From a phage, in the NCBI GenBank assembly GCA_012646845.1, contig GCA_012646845.1_4707.3: a stretch of 28,542 bases of DNA; one strand, 5' to 3'. The notes beneath the pieces are model-generated. The model was given only the letters and a program-made list of their open reading frames with translations. It searched no databases and was not told where the DNA came from. Positions 25,543 to 28,542 of the stretch are shown here, piece by piece. The first letter of the stretch is position 1. The number at the start of each line of letters is the position of its first letter. Made by a program: the position numbers and the translations under genes.

Positions 25543-26199
25543 TTAGCTTGCAGCTTCTTCATTTGTATCAGGTTTGCTTCCCCCTAACAAACCGTCAAAC
25601 AGACCCGTATGTTTCAGGTAGAAGAGAGCGATAGCGCCCATTGCTGCTGCGCTCGTCGCCGTTAACGCAACCCCGGCACGATACTGCCATTTACGGTCGG
25701 GCTTTTGATCAAGAGCCATACGACGCATGTATTCAGCCTCTGCCTCATTCCGATGAATTTCGGATTCAGCCAAGCGGGCTAAGGTATCGCGGTCAAGGTT
25801 ATCATAACGTACGTTCATGGTGGTTTCCTCTTGTTTGGAAGTTGATTGCTTAGTGGATTCTTGGTCAATAGTCGTTTCAGATGGTTCAAACGGCTGGTTG
25901 TTCATTTTCTGATCTTTATTGGTCATGATAGACTCCTTCGATTTTTGAGACGAAATTGATTTAAACCATCGTGGATGGCGGTATTCAGTTTTACATGTGC
26001 AGTTAAGTTTCTCGTGCAGGAAAGCGTAAAAACGTTTTGCGCCTACACGTAAGGCTTTCAGCATTACCCATCCACGAGCACTCAAACGGTGTAGCTGTTG
26101 CGGTATGTCTAGTTTCCTAGCCAAGCGAAAGTATCTTTCAATCACTTCGATAGGAAACCATTGTTGTTCCACATCGGTGAGACTGAAAGTCTTATCCAT
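25543..26199 (-). CDS. Hypothetical protein (218 aa) with basic N-terminal region and C-terminal TM helix; may be two genes
   Basis: ATG at 26197-26199. An internal in-frame ATG at 25924-25926 (MTNKDQK...) has a strong AAGGAG SD, so a shorter 128-aa product is possible. C-terminal hydrophobic segment VALTATSAAAMGAIALFYL. Confidence 0.55.
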   Translation of the reverse strand: MDKTFSLTDVEQQWFPIEVIERYFRLARKLDIPQQLHRLSARGWVMLKALRVGAKRFYAFLHEKLNCTCKTEYRHPRWFKSISSQKSKESIMTNKDQKMNNQPFEPSETTIDQESTKQSTSKQEETTMNVRYDNLDRDTLARLAESEIHRNEAEAEYMRRMALDQKPDRKWQYRAGVALTATSAAAMGAIALFYLKHTGLFDGLLGGSKPDTNEEAAS

Positions 26200-26349
26200 G
26201 AATGAAATCTCGCTGGCTTACTTCACTTAAGTAATATAGCCGTGAAAAATGTTGGATTAAGTTAAATACTGCAACCGTAACTGATTTTATGGGCTTTTAG
26301 CCTAAACCAATCATCTTCGGAATCATCATCTTTGAAACAGGAACCTATC

Positions 26350-27171
26350 ATGGAAAAAGTATTTGTTTGTAAGTTGTTTACTAACGGCAATAGCCAACCA
26401 ATGTACCTGACCGATCCAGTTCTAGGTAATCGGAACAGCACCGTATTCAAAGAAGCTATCGAATACGCTAAAAATAAAGCCGTGAGAACACTGACGTCCG
26501 ATGACTGTATCAACGGTATCACGTGGGCAGAGTTATTCGGTGATGCTGTTAGACACTTCGTTCGGGACGCAAGAAAACGGGAAATCTGTCTCACGACTAT
26601 TGTTGTGCGCGAAAACGCAGAAATCTTATCAAACGTTTTAGTTGATTTTAATGACGTTTGCGTGTTTAATCCAGAGAACACGTTTGAACAATATCTTACT
26701 GCCCTGAACAACCAGCTCGGTAAAGATATTCATCCCGAATTCGCCAAGTTAACGTATCAAGTGCTTTTTAACGACGTCGATCCAAACACAAAGATCAACA
26801 CCAGCTTATCGCCCCTGGTAAAGAAATACGGATCGGTTCTTGCTACGGCAACATCCACCACCGATGGCGGTTATGATATCGAATTGGATGGTCCATTAAA
26901 AGAACAAGAACCTACTGGGGTTCGGGCAATACACCATACCCTCGTCGTTAAATCCGATGGTTGTGATGAGCATTACGCTATGACAAACGATGAAAATAAT
27001 CACCGTTTAAGTCAAGCGATCGGTGTTCTACGTTATACCGAACCAACCACTGTAGACGATTATACATCGACAACAACGCACACCACGTGTTTCATTTTCA
27101 TCTATCCCAATGAAAGTGTGTACATTACCGACTGCTACGGCAACACCGTAGATAGCTTACGTCGTTATTGA
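26350..27171 (+). CDS. Hypothetical protein (273 aa)
   Basis: ATG at 26350 (MEKVFV...) with AGGAA SD. Track uses TTG 26332. Followed by a canonical terminator. Confidence 0.7.
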   Translation: MEKVFVCKLFTNGNSQPMYLTDPVLGNRNSTVFKEAIEYAKNKAVRTLTSDDCINGITWAELFGDAVRHFVRDARKREICLTTIVVRENAEILSNVLVDFNDVCVFNPENTFEQYLTALNNQLGKDIHPEFAKLTYQVLFNDVDPNTKINTSLSPLVKKYGSVLATATSTTDGGYDIELDGPLKEQEPTGVRAIHHTLVVKSDGCDEHYAMTNDENNHRLSQAIGVLRYTEPTTVDDYTSTTTHTTCFIFIYPNESVYITDCYGNTVDSLRRY

Positions 27172-27177
27172 TTATCG

Positions 27178-27206
27178 AGCCTGTCCTTCGGGGCAGGCTT
27201 TTTATG
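27178..27206 (+). terminator. Canonical rho-independent terminator
   Basis: AGCCTGTCC-ttcg-GGGCAGGCT stem-loop followed by TTTTTAT, 7 nt after the stop. Confidence 0.7.
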
Positions 27207-27229
27207 CTGTTAAATATCAGGAATAAGAA

Positions 27230-27259
27230 TTAACAAAATAGGAAAATGGTGTGAATATA
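27230..27259 (+). promoter_or_regulatory. Candidate sigma70-like promoter
   Basis: TTAACA (27230-27235), then 17 nt, then GAATAT (27253-27258). Sits between a terminator and a strong SD at 27265-27272. Weak match; by eye only. Confidence 0.25.
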
Positions 27260-27280
27260 ACACAAAGGAGGGAGATGATT

Positions 27281-27397
27281 ATGTTACTCATTCTAATGGA
27301 GAGAGCATTGCTGGCGGGTATATGCGCATTCTCTGTTAAACACGCTGTTGCTATCATGACTGAAGAAAGGCGTAATACGCATAATGTATTACGCTGA
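27281..27397 (+). CDS. Small hydrophobic peptide (38 aa), not in the ORF track
   Basis: ATG at 27281 lies 9 nt downstream of AAGGAGGGAG. Translation MLLILMERALLAGICAFSVKHAVAIMTEERRNTHNVLR. Stop at 27395-27397 is 5 nt before the next ATG. Confidence 0.35.
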   Translation: MLLILMERALLAGICAFSVKHAVAIMTEERRNTHNVLR

Positions 27398-27402
27398 AAA
27401 CA

Positions 27403-27816
27403 ATGTCTGCATTAGTGTATGACGAGAAATCGTCGAGGCCCCCGTCTTCACGAGGGCCAACACCTATGCGCGACTATTTATCATCTACGAAACAAAAGGT
27501 TATAAACATGAGCAATTTGAATGTTGAGTTTACTTCAACAACGCCTGTCATGAATGGTGTTGGTACTGAAACCAAGATCGTATTAGAACCCATTCCGGGA
27601 TTACGTGATCTCGGTGATTTTTACCAACTGATGCCACGTATACGTAACGCCTTAAACAGTATCGATCTTGATTCCGATAAAGATTTCCAACACGATACAG
27701 AAAATACCGATCATGTGTTGCTACCATCAGGGATCGGAAAATTCACCTACACGCAAACATTGAAAGCCTCCGATGGTGAGATCCGTCGTTTTATTGTTGA
27801 AGTAGAAAGCGCATAA
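27403..27816 (+). CDS. Hypothetical protein (137 aa)
   Basis: ORF from ATG 27403. An alternative start at the ATG around 27508 (MSNLNVEF...) is possible. Followed by a two-tier hairpin. Confidence 0.55.
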   Translation: MSALVYDEKSSRPPSSRGPTPMRDYLSSTKQKVINMSNLNVEFTSTTPVMNGVGTETKIVLEPIPGLRDLGDFYQLMPRIRNALNSIDLDSDKDFQHDTENTDHVLLPSGIGKFTYTQTLKASDGEIRRFIVEVESA

Positions 27817-27821
27817 AAACC

Positions 27822-27851
27822 ATCCTCCCTTCCCTTACGGGTTGGGAGGAT
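27822..27851. terminator. Two-tier hairpin (conserved core, copy 3); acts as terminator for the minus-strand tmk gene
   Basis: ATCCTCCC-TT-CCC-TTAC-GGG-TT-GGGAGGAT. On the minus-strand transcript it is followed by GGUUUUU. Confidence 0.55.
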
Positions 27852-27869
27852 GAAATATGCCGTTATATG

Positions 27870-28489
27870 TTATTCAACAAATCCCGCGTTCAACAAATTG
27901 TCGTAAACACGATTAGCGACATCAACAGGAGAATGTGTGTTACTGGTGTCTATACACAACGTTTTCGCGTCGCCGAGATAGTCCATAAAATCCATGTAAC
28001 GATAACGTCGTTCATTGAATGTTGCTTCATCGATGTTATCAAACATCTGATGTTTAGCGTGTCGAACACGGAACCGCCTTAAATACGTAGGATAGTCAAT
28101 ATCCAGATAAACGTAGTAAGACGGCATGATAATCGACGGTAGGTTCGGCAACAACGCATCAAACAGCTTAACGTTAGCATCATTAACCTGATAAACGTAC
28201 GTCGAAGCAATCGAACGATCGCTAAGCACAGTCTTCCCTTCGTTAAGGGCTGGATGAATCACCTTATTGAAGAGATGATTACGTTGCGACATCATCGCCA
28301 ACAGTTCAGTTTCTGGATCGAATCTGTTCGTCGGCGTCTGATCTTCCAGGATAAGTTTACGAATCGCTTCTCCGTAGAGTGTACCACCGGGTTCACGTAC
28401 AACGCAGACGTTGTTTAAACGACTGTGTAAAGACGAGATAACCGAACTCTTTCCTGAATAATCCAGACCTTCAATAACGATATATTTAT
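27870..28489 (-). CDS. tmk: Thymidylate kinase (dTMP kinase)
   Basis: KYIVIEGLDYSGKSS (P-loop; compare E. coli Tmk KYIVIEGLEGAGKTT), VREPGGT (compare TREPGGT), VLSDRSIASTYVYQ (compare VIGDRHDLSTQAYQ). ATG at 28487-28489 with GGAG SD. Track uses TTG 28511. Confidence 0.85.
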
Positions 28490-28542
28490 TACGAGACATT
28501 CCCCGCTCCAATTAACTATTTCGTTTTTGCCGTCAACGGCTG

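Noticed and set aside
26262-26711. 149-aa minus-strand ORF overlapping the 5' half of the 273-aa plus-strand gene.
   Set aside because: It overlaps the plus-strand gene, which has an SD and a canonical terminator, and would run into the divergent intergenic region. Treated as a shadow ORF.
27867-28082. 71-aa plus-strand ORF inside the thymidylate kinase gene.
   Set aside because: Antisense to a gene with unambiguous Tmk motifs.
1-28542. Searched intergenic gaps for tRNA genes, CRISPR repeats and IS/transposase or integrase signatures.
   Set aside because: No gap is long enough and free of ORFs to hold a tRNA apart from 1731-1933 and 26200-26349, which lack tRNA-like conserved arms by eye. 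No direct repeat arrays. No transposase or integrase motifs among the ORFs.

Overview
The window is a densely packed, almost entirely coding region (about 48% GC, 28 predicted genes) that reads as bacteriophage DNA, most likely a phiKZ-like jumbo phage. Two landmarks support this: (i) a minus-strand gene whose product carries the multisubunit RNA polymerase beta-prime catalytic motif (GDFDGDTVSVNV...SMEA) near its C-terminus, consistent with a split beta-prime N-terminal fragment; (ii) a divergently transcribed ~2,220-aa protein with a glycine-rich hydrophobic segment and a GH19-like peptidoglycan-hydrolase motif. Other recognisable products are a thymidylate kinase, an RNase HI domain fused to a ~310-aa C-terminal extension of unknown function, a divergent RecA/UvsX-like protein with a non-canonical P-loop, and a small SLOG/DUF2493-like protein. 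Most remaining genes are hypothetical. Genes sit in translationally coupled minus-strand blocks separated by structured hairpins, three of which share a conserved two-tier core (TT-CCC-TYAC-GGG-TT). I found no rRNA, tRNA, CRISPR array or transposase/integrase. All calls rest on reading the sequence and the supplied ORF track by eye; no database search or structure prediction was run, so family assignments are motif-level recognitions to be confirmed.
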